From a virus (Duplodnaviria > Caudoviricetes): DNA of 37,048 bases. The stretch lies in IMG/VR virus record IMGVR_UViG_3300032216_002167, positions 1 through 37,048 of that record, one strand, 5' to 3'. Each line of letters starts with the position of its first letter. Position 1 is the stretch's first letter. The translations under genes were made by a program, and so were the position numbers. Below are positions 26,182-35,667 of this stretch, in pieces. Under the pieces are notes generated by a model. The model was not told the origin of the DNA and did not search any database. It was given only the letters and a program-made list of their open reading frames with translations.

Positions 26182-28083
26182 TTATGTTTTGTTCCACGCA
26201 CCAACAAATGACACTGCGTTCCACTGTGTGTTTGTACTATCGTAAACAAGAGTGCAGGCATCGCCAGTGGCAGTGTTCGCTTGAGTGCCAGCAGCTGTAG
26301 AAAGGTTTGATGATATTTGTATGGCCTGACCAGTATTTCCTGTTATCGTTACAGTGAAAGCCCCCTGAACGAAGAATGCGATAGTATCTCCAATAGATGG
26401 CGCCGCCGGGAGTGTTGCCACAGCATTTCCTGTTATAAAATATCCGTTGCTTACAGCGGCATTAAAGTTTGTGCTTTTCACAGACCAAGTCAGCCCCTCT
26501 CCTGATGCGGCTATTGTTATGGAATTTGCGCCGTTTGTTATTGAAATTCCAGTTCCTGCCGTCAAGGTTGCAGCAGCAGGAGCTCCAGCTCCAGAGCCAA
26601 TGATCAACTGACCATTAGAAGCCAGTGCAGTTATTACTGGAATCCCTGATGTTCCTGTGGTCAGCACTCCGTTATTCGCTGTTGCGAGACCACCTACAAC
26701 GTTGGCAGATGAAGAATATAGTATTTGATTGATTGTAGTGGTAGATGGATAAGTAGCTGTCGACCATGTAGGATCTGCGGTTGTGTTTGTTTGGAGGACT
26801 TGACCAGTTGTTCCTGCTCCAAGCTGAGTTAGCGTTGCTGTTCCTGCACCTATCTGGATTGCGTGATTTGTTAATCCAGTAAGCTGAACAGTTTCTGTGT
26901 TAGCGCTTCCAGCTACCGTAATGCTACCGGTACCTAAAATATTAAAATTTCCAGCTGACGGAGATTCGGCTCCCCCAGTATTACCAGTGATCGTTTTAAT
27001 TGTTGTGCTTCCACCTGCAACCTGTAGACTTAGCGTGTTTGCACCAGTGGTGAAGGAGATGGAACTATCGGAGCTTGTAAGCGTAGCAAATGCTGGATCT
27101 GCTGTTGTAGCTCCGATTAAAACCTGTCCATTTGTTCCTACTGATAATTGAGTAAGAGTAGCTGTCCCAGCTCCTACTTGAACTGAATGATTGGTAAGAC
27201 CAGTCAACTGTGTGGTTAATGTACTTCCAGATCCTGCAATGGTAATGCTTCCGGTTCCTAGAGTATTTATGTTACCAGCAGCTGGAGAAATTGCGCCTCC
27301 ACTATTGCCAGTCAATGTGTTCAAAATTCCTGTTCCAGAAGTGGAAACGAAACCATTTGCATCTACGGAAAATTGAGCAGAGTTGAAGTTTGACAGACCA
27401 ATCTTTGTAGCGTCCGTGGCAGCTATTGCTTGAGATTTTTGCACGTTCAAAGTGAGAGTGCTTCCCGCTCCTGATGATGTCACAGGAGAAGTTCCCGCAG
27501 CAGTACTTGCTCCAAATATATTCCAATTGCCAGCAGTCGGAGACAATGCTCCACCAGACTGACCTGTAATAGTTTTTCCTACTGTAGTTCCGCCGCTTAC
27601 TTGTAAAGTCAGAGTATTTGGCCCAGCAGTAAAAGTAATTGACCCGTCAGGACTGGTTAGTGTCCCGAATGCAGGGTCTGATGCATTAGAGCCTATGATT
27701 ACCTGTCCATTTGATCCAACTGGCATTTGAGTCAAAGTCGCAGACCCAGCGCCAATCTGGACTGAATGATTTGTAAGCCCTGTTAATTGTGTTGTTAGGG
27801 TATTTCCAGCCCCAGAGATCGTTATACTTCCCGTTCCAACGGTATTAATGTTATTAGCTATTGCAGAAATAGCTCCGCCTGAATTTCCAGTCAGGGTCAG
27901 ATTAGAAGGGGCTCCTGTAAACGAGATGGTAACTGTGTTCCCAGATCCTGATGTAGATATCCCGGTTCCCCCAATGATGTTTAACTCATTAAGAGCCGGC
28001 GTCGCAGTCCCAGTATTCTCTACAAATAGGATAGGAATCGCAGGATGACTCGATACAATATCTAATATTCCTTCCTGGCTCAT
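26182..28083 (-). CDS. Tail fibre with internal repeats
   Basis: Three QLTGLTNH..GAG.ATLTQ..GQV units and four TG.SGGA.SP.AGN-like units. Confidence 0.75.
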   Translation of the reverse strand: MSQEGILDIVSSHPAIPILFVENTGTATPALNELNIIGGTGISTSGSGNTVTISFTGAPSNLTLTGNSGGAISAIANNINTVGTGSITISGAGNTLTTQLTGLTNHSVQIGAGSATLTQMPVGSNGQVIIGSNASDPAFGTLTSPDGSITFTAGPNTLTLQVSGGTTVGKTITGQSGGALSPTAGNWNIFGASTAAGTSPVTSSGAGSTLTLNVQKSQAIAATDATKIGLSNFNSAQFSVDANGFVSTSGTGILNTLTGNSGGAISPAAGNINTLGTGSITIAGSGSTLTTQLTGLTNHSVQVGAGTATLTQLSVGTNGQVLIGATTADPAFATLTSSDSSISFTTGANTLSLQVAGGSTTIKTITGNTGGAESPSAGNFNILGTGSITVAGSANTETVQLTGLTNHAIQIGAGTATLTQLGAGTTGQVLQTNTTADPTWSTATYPSTTTINQILYSSSANVVGGLATANNGVLTTGTSGIPVITALASNGQLIIGSGAGAPAAATLTAGTGISITNGANSITIAASGEGLTWSVKSTNFNAAVSNGYFITGNAVATLPAAPSIGDTIAFFVQGAFTVTITGNTGQAIQISSNLSTAAGTQANTATGDACTLVYDSTNTQWNAVSFVGAWNKT

Positions 28084-28691
28084 GACTTGATTTTCTCTAG
28101 TATTTCGTTCATTTTTCTATTAAGAATCTTTATCTCAACTCCTATCCTTTCTGCAATTTCTTTAGACTGTAAGGAAATTGAAATAGCCTCTGAACTTTGT
28201 TTTGAAATTTTTTCATGAGACAATATAACTTCAGAAAAAGGAACGCACATTGTTTTGTCTATTCTATTTAAATGACCACTTAACTCTGTTTTTTGATTTT
28301 TCTGTTCGTTTTTTATTTTTTCCAATTCACAAGGAATTTCGATGAAATCGAACATGGTTCTGAATTCTTTTAATAACAAAGAAAGAGACCATTGGTTTTT
28401 GGAAATATCAGTAATACTTTCTTGTATTTTAGTATTTTCCATCCCATGATCATTTAATATTGAGTTAACTCGATTTATTTGTGATAAAATTGACTTTAAA
28501 TCATCAGAAAACTCTGAATTTAGCTGAGATTGATTGTTTTTGAATTCTTCTTGTCTAGAAATGAATTCACACTTTTTGCAGCAGTCTGCAACGAGAATTT
28601 TCATCTCACAAATATTCTTGCTTAACGAGTCTATTTCTACTTTGTGTTCACTGTTTCTTTTTTTAAGATCGAATATCTGTTTTTCAAGCAT
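28080..28691 (-). CDS. Coiled-coil hypothetical protein
   Basis: TAATG-coupled start; K/E/I/S-rich heptads; AT-rich. Confidence 0.6.
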   Translation of the reverse strand: MLEKQIFDLKKRNSEHKVEIDSLSKNICEMKILVADCCKKCEFISRQEEFKNNQSQLNSEFSDDLKSILSQINRVNSILNDHGMENTKIQESITDISKNQWSLSLLLKEFRTMFDFIEIPCELEKIKNEQKNQKTELSGHLNRIDKTMCVPFSEVILSHEKISKQSSEAISISLQSKEIAERIGVEIKILNRKMNEILEKIKS

Positions 28692-29023
28692 TATTCTCCC
28701 CAGAGACATTCTATGTAGACAGATCCTTTTGAGGGAACTGTGCTTTGTCTTACATAAAATTGAGTGTTAACAGCGAATGCCCATATAGTGTCTATTGTCA
28801 GTCTATTAGTAGTTATGTCAAATAACTTGAATGACCCTGCTGGAAGAAACAGTTTATCGCTTATTCCATCGTCACTAAAAAACATGTCGCCATCTGTGGC
28901 ATTAACAAAAGTAATTAGACGTACAGGTTGTGTTAGTGGGGTTCCAACAGCAGCGAATGTTCCTGAAATAGATCCAAAGGCTAAATTTCTAATTGGGTCA
29001 ATTGTTACTGCTTGCCTGCTCAT
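28691..29023 (-). CDS. Small beta-sandwich virion protein
   Basis: MSRQAVTIDPIRNLAFGSISGTFAAVGTPL; located in tail operon. Confidence 0.6.
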   Translation of the reverse strand: MSRQAVTIDPIRNLAFGSISGTFAAVGTPLTQPVRLITFVNATDGDMFFSDDGISDKLFLPAGSFKLFDITTNRLTIDTIWAFAVNTQFYVRQSTVPSKGSVYIECLWGE

Positions 29024-29225
29024 CTTTAGCCTCTGGTGTTTTTTGCTCTTCTGTTGAACATTCCGCTTTCTTGGCTTCAGCGGCCATGTTTTCAACTTTT
29101 ACTACGTACCCTAGAAATTGAGTTAAAGCGTCTTTGACTTCATTCAACGGAGAATCTGAATCACATAACATGTGATAAACTCTATCTCCAACTGTGTGCT
29201 CTAGCCTTACAATGTTCTTTAGCAT
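28998..29225 (-). CDS. Hypothetical protein (possible fibre chaperone)
   Basis: 75 aa, SD AAGGA. Confidence 0.6.
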   Translation of the reverse strand: MLKNIVRLEHTVGDRVYHMLCDSDSPLNEVKDALTQFLGYVVKVENMAAEAKKAECSTEEQKTPEAKDEQASSNN

Positions 29226-29297
29226 GGGAACTTCCTTTTAAGGGGTGTTTGGTGTCCACCCCTCATATCAACAAAACTTAATTTTGTCATCATCCCA

Positions 29298-31787
29298 TTA
29301 AATAGGTCGAATGATGATGTATGCAAAGCTGGACACATCGGCTGTTTGCACTGAACCAGGGGTCCCTAAAATCGTTGAGTTAACAGTAAAGCTAGCGCCA
29401 TTGCTAATTGTGTATGTCAATTCTCCTGTAGTAACGGATGCATTCACAGCCGTTCTTGTAAGGAAAATCATATCTCCAGTAGCGATGTTTGTATTATTTA
29501 TCTGTAGAGTTCCCGCAACTAGAATCCCGGTTCCTCTAAAGTCGGTGGCAGCGCCGCCTTTCCACTGTAACATTTTCGCTGAAGTTGCAATCGCCAGAGA
29601 TCCTCCAGTGATTAGAACGTTTCCAGAACCAGCATTGACTGTGGTTGTGGAGGTAGAGTTTGTAGAACCAATCGTCACAGTATTAACAGCAGCGGCAGTT
29701 CCTATAGCAATCGTTTTTCCGCCTGTAGAATTTCCAATATTTATTGTCTGAGCGCCCGTGCCGCCGGCTATGGTAATGGTTCCGGTATTAGCTCCTGTGC
29801 CGCCAAAGTTAATGGTTCCAGAGGTTGTGCTAGGAGCAAAAGTATAGGTAGAGGTTGCTGCGCCGTCTAAGGAGAAGTTACCTGTGCCAACTAACATTGA
29901 GATAGAGGCTGCACCAGAGACAGTACCTATTGTGATGACATTAGCAACCGCTCCGGTTGCAATGTTTACTGCTTTTGCGCTTCCTGCGCCTCCGGCGACG
30001 TTTACTGTTGTAGCTCCAGTTCCAGCTCCAATTGCTACGATATTAGTACCAGAACTTGATCCTAGTGTGATCGTTCCTGTTTCTGCCGTACCGCCAATGG
30101 TTATTGTCCCTGTAGTTGCACTAGCACCAACTGCGTAAGTAGAAGTTGCTGCACCATCTAGTGAGAAATTCCCCGTTCCGACTAACATGGAAATCGAAGC
30201 AGCTCCAGATACGGTCCCGATTGTGATAACGTTTGCGACAGCCCCGGTTGCTATGTTTACAGCCTTTGCTGCTGTAGCACCACCAGCGATATTGACCGTA
30301 GTTGCGCCCTCTCCAGCTCCCACTGCAACAATGTTTACTCCCGAAGAAGATCCCAGTGTGATTGTGCCTGTCTCGGCTGTTCCACCAATTGTAATCGTGC
30401 CAGTTGTTGTGGAGGCTCCTATAGCGTATGTGGAGCTCGCTGCACCATCTAGTGAGAAGTTGCCTGTACCAACTTTTAGGGCGAGAGAAGCCGCCGCGGT
30501 TACAGTTCCTATTGTTATAATGTTTCCAATAGCACCAGTACCGATGTTGATCGTTTTTGCTCCAGTTCCTCCAGTACCAATTGCTACAGTTTGAGCGCCA
30601 GTACCGCCAGCTAAAGTTACAGTTCCTGTTTGAGCGCCAGTACCGCCAATGTTAATTGTTCCTGTGGTCATGGCAGCGCCGACTGCAACCGATCCTCCGG
30701 TTTGTACGTTAGCAAGCTGAAGTGTTGTCGCTCCAGAACCGCTAGCTATTGCAACAGTATTAGACGCAGAGCTTGATCCCAGAGTAAGAGTGCCAGATTC
30801 AGCCGTACCGCCAATTGTGATTGTTCCGGTAGTTATGCCAGCTCCAACATTGACAGCTCCATCAGTTGTCACATTTGCGATGTTTACTGTAGTCGTCCCG
30901 GATCCGTTACCAATGGCTATCGTGTTAGAAGCAGAAGAGGATCCAAGTGTGAGAGTTCCTGTTGCAGCCGTGCCACCGATAGTAAATGTTCCGCTAGTTT
31001 GAGCTGCGCCCATTGTGACAGTTGTTGTTGCAGCAGTAGTAAGAACAAAGTTTCCTGTACCAGCCTTTAGTGTTAAGGCGGCAGCGCCTGTAGCCGATCC
31101 AACAGTTACCAAATTAGCTTGAGTCGAGTCCCCGATGTGGATGGAACGGGCTGCGGCTCCAGTTCCTATATTAATAGTGTCAGTTGTCGCGTCAGCGCCG
31201 ACAGATATGGCTGTTCCACCAGAAGCCCATGTCCCGCCAGCAGTGAAAGTTACTGTGGTTGCTCCAAGTGTAGTGAACACAGCAGCAGCAGGAGTTGTTC
31301 CGCCTGTAGCAGGAGGAGCGGCAAAAACAGCGGCTAAGTTGCTTGGTTGAACCGCAAGGGCAACAAGTCCTGTAGATGCGGTGCCGGCAACTGCTTTAGC
31401 ATCGGTAGCAAGAGTAACGATACCCTGGGTAGTAGTTGTAGCAACGGGAGCGCCTGCGATAGCCACCCCGTCAACGTAATCTTTAATTTCTTTTACTACA
31501 GGCACAAGAGTCATTGAAGCTGCGTCACCAACGATGGAAGAGGAAAGCTGAACAATCCCTGGAGCTGATGTGGTCGCATAAGCGTTTCCACCCTGGTTCC
31601 ATGTAGACGACCCATTGAATGTATACTCAATAGCTGGTGTCACAGAATTATCCCACCACGTTTGTCCCTGTGGATAGGAGGTGTCTGAAGATGTTGGAGC
31701 CCGATTGGCCTCAATTGGAACAGGAAAACAAGAGATTAATGGCCCACCTACTCCGTACACTTGACTAATTCTAGTACCCATACCCAC
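29298..31787 (-). CDS. Long T/G/A-rich tail fibre with 97-aa repeats
   Basis: ATTT.QGIV.LAT fibre motifs; VGTGNFSLDGAA.STY recurring every 291 nt. Confidence 0.75.
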   Translation of the reverse strand: MGMGTRISQVYGVGGPLISCFPVPIEANRAPTSSDTSYPQGQTWWDNSVTPAIEYTFNGSSTWNQGGNAYATTSAPGIVQLSSSIVGDAASMTLVPVVKEIKDYVDGVAIAGAPVATTTTQGIVTLATDAKAVAGTASTGLVALAVQPSNLAAVFAAPPATGGTTPAAAVFTTLGATTVTFTAGGTWASGGTAISVGADATTDTINIGTGAAARSIHIGDSTQANLVTVGSATGAAALTLKAGTGNFVLTTAATTTVTMGAAQTSGTFTIGGTAATGTLTLGSSSASNTIAIGNGSGTTTVNIANVTTDGAVNVGAGITTGTITIGGTAESGTLTLGSSSASNTVAIASGSGATTLQLANVQTGGSVAVGAAMTTGTINIGGTGAQTGTVTLAGGTGAQTVAIGTGGTGAKTINIGTGAIGNIITIGTVTAAASLALKVGTGNFSLDGAASSTYAIGASTTTGTITIGGTAETGTITLGSSSGVNIVAVGAGEGATTVNIAGGATAAKAVNIATGAVANVITIGTVSGAASISMLVGTGNFSLDGAATSTYAVGASATTGTITIGGTAETGTITLGSSSGTNIVAIGAGTGATTVNVAGGAGSAKAVNIATGAVANVITIGTVSGAASISMLVGTGNFSLDGAATSTYTFAPSTTSGTINFGGTGANTGTITIAGGTGAQTINIGNSTGGKTIAIGTAAAVNTVTIGSTNSTSTTTVNAGSGNVLITGGSLAIATSAKMLQWKGGAATDFRGTGILVAGTLQINNTNIATGDMIFLTRTAVNASVTTGELTYTISNGASFTVNSTILGTPGSVQTADVSSFAYIIIRPI

Positions 31788-31930
31788 CTGAATTGTTGGT
31801 TGTTTTTTGTTAAGCCCAAAATCAATAATAAAAATTTTTATGTCAACGCATTAAATAAAATAATGTTTCAGATTGTTCTTAAGATAGCTTTTATGCTAAC
31901 GTCAGCGCGTTAAAACTAGAAGGAGGGTTT

Positions 31931-32110
31931 ATGAGAGACGATGATGCACTAGGTGGATTTTTGGGTCTTCTTACTTTAGGCGCTGTGTTTTTCTTAGGAA
32001 ATAAGTCAGGTCAGAAACAGGGGTATAATGATTGCGAAAATAGGCATCGAGATGATGAAATACAGGAACTAAAAAGACAGATTGAGTACCTAAGAATCGA
32101 GAGAAAGTGA
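31931..32110 (+). CDS. Small TM + coiled-coil protein (59 aa, not in ORF track)
   Basis: SD AGGAGG; MRDDDALGGFLGLLTLGAVFFLGNKSG..EIQELKRQIEYLR. Confidence 0.7.
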   Translation: MRDDDALGGFLGLLTLGAVFFLGNKSGQKQGYNDCENRHRDDEIQELKRQIEYLRIERK

Positions 32111-32203
32111 GGGTTATATCCCTCCAGGAGCCCTGGATTTAAATATTTTTTATGGACGTTTATCTTCTTTTGAAGAAAGATATATGCATCCACTTCAGGC
32201 AAT

Positions 32204-32509
32204 ATGGGGAAAAATATGATTTACCAGGTAAGAACTTACAATACACTATGCGGATCAAAAAAGTATTTTGAAGACAAGAAAGACGTGCAATCTTTTGTAA
32301 AAACCGTTGTTAGTAAGACCGAGGAGTTCAGGGTTTTTTCGAGAAAAAACCTTCCAATTCACATTAGAACTAAGGTTTCTTCAGACGAAATACAGGCAGG
32401 AGTGGAAATTATCAGGATAGATCCGGCAGTCCTACCTGAGTGGCGCACTTTTTTTGGAGAAGAAATAGAGATATGCAATCCGAGTATTATAGCAGAAAAA
32501 AATGACTGA
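32204..32509 (+). CDS. Hypothetical protein
   Basis: 101-aa ORF overlapping the next gene. Confidence 0.55.
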   Translation: MGKNMIYQVRTYNTLCGSKKYFEDKKDVQSFVKTVVSKTEEFRVFSRKNLPIHIRTKVSSDEIQAGVEIIRIDPAVLPEWRTFFGEEIEICNPSIIAEKND

Positions 32510-32747
32510 CAAAGACACTTTTTATACGGTGAAAGAATTCGCAGAACGAATCAAGGTTCACCCGAGCACAGTCCTAAAAGGCATAAAAAGCGGACGATTC
32601 CAGGCGTTTAAGATAGGCCAAGGAGCTCGCTCTGATTACCGAATATGCGCATCCGAAGAAAGACGTCTGTGTGAACTGGACATGTCAAAGCTCATCAAGT
32701 CTATCGTCGACACAGAGATCAATAACAGGCTGGAAAAAAATAGCTAA
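32502..32747 (+). CDS. Excisionase-like/MerR-type HTH protein
   Basis: FYTVKEFAERIKVHPSTV..IKSGRFQAFKIG..YRI. Confidence 0.8.
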   Translation: MTDKDTFYTVKEFAERIKVHPSTVLKGIKSGRFQAFKIGQGARSDYRICASEERRLCELDMSKLIKSIVDTEINNRLEKNS

Positions 32748-32895
32748 ACTAAAAAGCTAAATCTAAGTTTATGTCCCATATATAAAAACTTTTAAGCAGA
32801 TTTCTTTTTCCCCTTAAGAGCCTGGGCTAGCCTGTTTATGAAGTAATTTATTAATCCAACTGATTTCTTATCGGGAGTGGATTGTTTTTTTTCTT

Positions 32896-34404
32896 TCATC
32901 TTCCGGCCTTCCTTTTTTGTTTTCGCATTTCTTTTACTGCTTGAGATAGCTTACCGAACATATTATACCCCACGCTAAGCTTTGTGAATGGGTATTTTTC
33001 TTTATTTTCACTGATCTTTTTAAATGGGCTTCCTCTAGAATCAGCTGTATTTACATCCCACGTTCCCGGCAATCCAGTACCGCCAGATGTTTTTGGCTTG
33101 GTACTTGCAGAAATTATCTCCTCATAAAGCTCTGGCTCGACATTTTTATAAGTATAAAGAAAGTTGGGAGAGTCTGGAAACGCAGCTACGAGTTCATTCT
33201 TTTCAGGATCATAAGCCATGATAGACAATGCATCAGATAGACTTCCCTCTCCCTCTTTTGGGAACGTGTCGAAATAGGACTGTGCAATTGATTCGTAGTT
33301 TTTATTTACAAGATCTTCGGGAACAGAAACTAGTTCATCACTTTTAATTTTATGAAGCTTTCCGTTTTCATCTTTTACTAGAGCCTCTTTATTTCTTACA
33401 GACTCTACATTCCCAATTATTCCGCCAGCTGTTGAAACAGAATCGCCCTTATTTATATTTCCCTGCATTCTTTCAACATCTTCTTCAATACCACGCATAA
33501 GAGGAGATTGTTTTGACTGTCTCTTCTCAAACTCTTTTCGCATCTCATCTATGGGCCTTTTGTCCCCTTGGTCGTACTGCTCCACAGCATATTGCTTAAG
33601 CTCGGGAGAAGCATTGAAAACCTGGGAATTAGAAGAGGAAATAAAATCATTAATCGTTTCCTCTAATGGCTTTGCTGCTCCAGACTTAACCTGCTCCTCG
33701 AGCCACTTCTTTTGGCTAGGTTTCAGGGAAACGCTAACAGCTGTAGCAATCGCTTCTGGAGAATTCCCTATCTTCTGTAAATTTTTAATTTGATTCGCCA
33801 CTCCAAGCTGATCTATAATCCTTACAGACGCCTCTGGGGACACAATACGTTCCTGTGGCGGAGGAGGAGGGGCTTGTGCAGGCTTTAAGTTGGATTGCTG
33901 GTATCCTTGCTGTGTCTGTAATTGTTCATCTGCTTCTGATGGCAATAAAGCAGGATTTGGAATAGGCGCCTGTGAAGGCTTGGGAATGCCTGGAGGTTTG
34001 ATTGGAGCATTGGCCATTGGAGTAGGACCAATTTTAGGCGTTGGTATTGATGGAAGAACTTCCTTTTGACCCTGAAAGGCACCCTTAACTCCTTGAATAG
34101 CGGCCGGGAGAGCTTTAGAAACACCATAAAAAGTTCCCGTGGCAACGGCTGTTTTTAGTAGATCCTTTGTTATTTTTTCTCTTCTTGATGCTACTTTTTT
34201 ATGTCCTGCTTCTTGGCTAAGAGAAGGATCATGTTCATCATCCGACATTGTTTTTGAAATAAAGCCTAAAATACTAGATGCCGAATGTCCCGCTCCCACC
34301 GCCTTGGAAATTGATTTAGATAAAGACGGAGCTAACTTAGAAAGATATTTAAGAATCTCATCTTCACTATATCCTAATGCTGTGGCTTGCATTATCGGGG
34401 TCAT
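32896..34404 (-). CDS. Putative ejection/internal virion protein with C-terminal KTSC-like domain
   Basis: Third gene of ejection cluster; Pro/Gln linker; MAYDPEKNELVAAF..YTYKNVEPELYEEI. Confidence 0.55.
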   Translation of the reverse strand: MTPIMQATALGYSEDEILKYLSKLAPSLSKSISKAVGAGHSASSILGFISKTMSDDEHDPSLSQEAGHKKVASRREKITKDLLKTAVATGTFYGVSKALPAAIQGVKGAFQGQKEVLPSIPTPKIGPTPMANAPIKPPGIPKPSQAPIPNPALLPSEADEQLQTQQGYQQSNLKPAQAPPPPPQERIVSPEASVRIIDQLGVANQIKNLQKIGNSPEAIATAVSVSLKPSQKKWLEEQVKSGAAKPLEETINDFISSSNSQVFNASPELKQYAVEQYDQGDKRPIDEMRKEFEKRQSKQSPLMRGIEEDVERMQGNINKGDSVSTAGGIIGNVESVRNKEALVKDENGKLHKIKSDELVSVPEDLVNKNYESIAQSYFDTFPKEGEGSLSDALSIMAYDPEKNELVAAFPDSPNFLYTYKNVEPELYEEIISASTKPKTSGGTGLPGTWDVNTADSRGSPFKKISENKEKYPFTKLSVGYNMFGKLSQAVKEMRKQKRKAGR

Positions 34405-35666
34405 TTTGCTCCACTCAGGTAGCTAGCAAACCTGTCCCACCCTTGGAAAATATCTGATAATGATTGAATAGGAGGACTGGTTTCTATTGTTGTCATTTCT
34501 AGTTTTTGAAAAGGGGACATTTTATCTTCTATTTTTTTCATAGACTCAGCTATTTCCTTCCAGTCGTACCCCTTTTCATTCCATAGCCTGTGTCGTATTG
34601 CCAAAAGAGATTCATCTTTAGAAAAGTTCTCTTCTAAAAGCTTATCTAGTCTTTTTGCATGAGAAGCCTGAGGAATTTTGCTGGCCTCTGGAATAGAATT
34701 TATAGAATGTATAGTTTTTTCATTAAGAGGGTGTATTAATTCTTCGACTTCCGTCGGAGAAAGTTTGTGTTCTTGAGAAAGAATTCCCCTAGCTTCTGCT
34801 TCATAACCTTTGTCTATTAGCCTTTTTACTGATCCGCTAAGATTTTTAACTGCCTGATCCCTTGTCTGTCCTCCCTGAGCAAATGCGCTAGTAATGCCTA
34901 CTAAGCCTTTTGCTTTTTGTAGCCCCCCCCGAAGGGCACCAGGAACATATCCATTTTGCAATGAATCTAAGTCTCTATTAGTTCCCAGCCTAAAAGACTC
35001 CCTAGCTTTTTGTACTATTTCATTGGGATCTTTAAGGTGAGAATATTTCTGTAATTCTTCCTGAAAAAAAGGAGTCCTCTCTGGGTGGGCTTTAAGCTCG
35101 GGAACAGTTCCTTCCGCGATAGACGTCAATCGGTTTAAAGCATTTTGCGCTGTATTGTTCTGGGATTCCGCTATGGCCTTCCCTTCAGCATATTTTTGAG
35201 GATCGTTAAATTGACGAGCATAATTTTCCGAGAATCTCTCAATCTCTGCTGGTGATTTTATCCTAGGATAGAATCCACCAAATTCTTTTTGGTTTTCAGA
35301 TCTTTGTCCAGGCTCTGGAGTCTGAGCAGGTTGCTGGGCCTGAGCGGGCCCTTGCATTTCTTGCTGAGGCTGCCCTCCTTCAGGGAATATCATCTCGTTT
35401 CTTCCCTGTCCGAGAAGCATAGGCGCCAAAGCCTGCAAAATCCTTCCTTGATCCGGAAGTCCAGCGGTCGCCTGTATTAAATATTTGGTTTTTTCTAGAG
35501 GAGAAGAGTTGGGGTTAAGCTTGTCTAGACCGCTTAAGGCATTTTGAACCATTCCTCTTTGAAATCCAACCTCTCCACCTTTTTGTATTCCTGAACTTAA
35601 CCCAGATCCAAGAGCCTGACCAAGAGTATTAGATAGACTTGTTTTTGGAGGTAGAATTTGTGCCAT
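34401..35666 (-). CDS. Putative ejection (DNA transfer) protein
   Basis: LGQALGSGLSSG N-terminus, Gln-rich, helical; position. Confidence 0.55.
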   Translation of the reverse strand: MAQILPPKTSLSNTLGQALGSGLSSGIQKGGEVGFQRGMVQNALSGLDKLNPNSSPLEKTKYLIQATAGLPDQGRILQALAPMLLGQGRNEMIFPEGGQPQQEMQGPAQAQQPAQTPEPGQRSENQKEFGGFYPRIKSPAEIERFSENYARQFNDPQKYAEGKAIAESQNNTAQNALNRLTSIAEGTVPELKAHPERTPFFQEELQKYSHLKDPNEIVQKARESFRLGTNRDLDSLQNGYVPGALRGGLQKAKGLVGITSAFAQGGQTRDQAVKNLSGSVKRLIDKGYEAEARGILSQEHKLSPTEVEELIHPLNEKTIHSINSIPEASKIPQASHAKRLDKLLEENFSKDESLLAIRHRLWNEKGYDWKEIAESMKKIEDKMSPFQKLEMTTIETSPPIQSLSDIFQGWDRFASYLSGAK

Positions 35667-35667
35667 T

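Noticed and set aside
29800-30620. CRISPR array or DGR template/variable repeat
   Set aside because: Repeats are coding with third-position divergence; no spacers, no reverse transcriptase, no adenine-specific pattern
25919-31350. Many plus-strand ORFs (e.g. 29311-29751, 30187-30594)
   Set aside because: Shadow frames of Thr/Gly/Ala-biased fibre genes; no SD, P/V/A-rich
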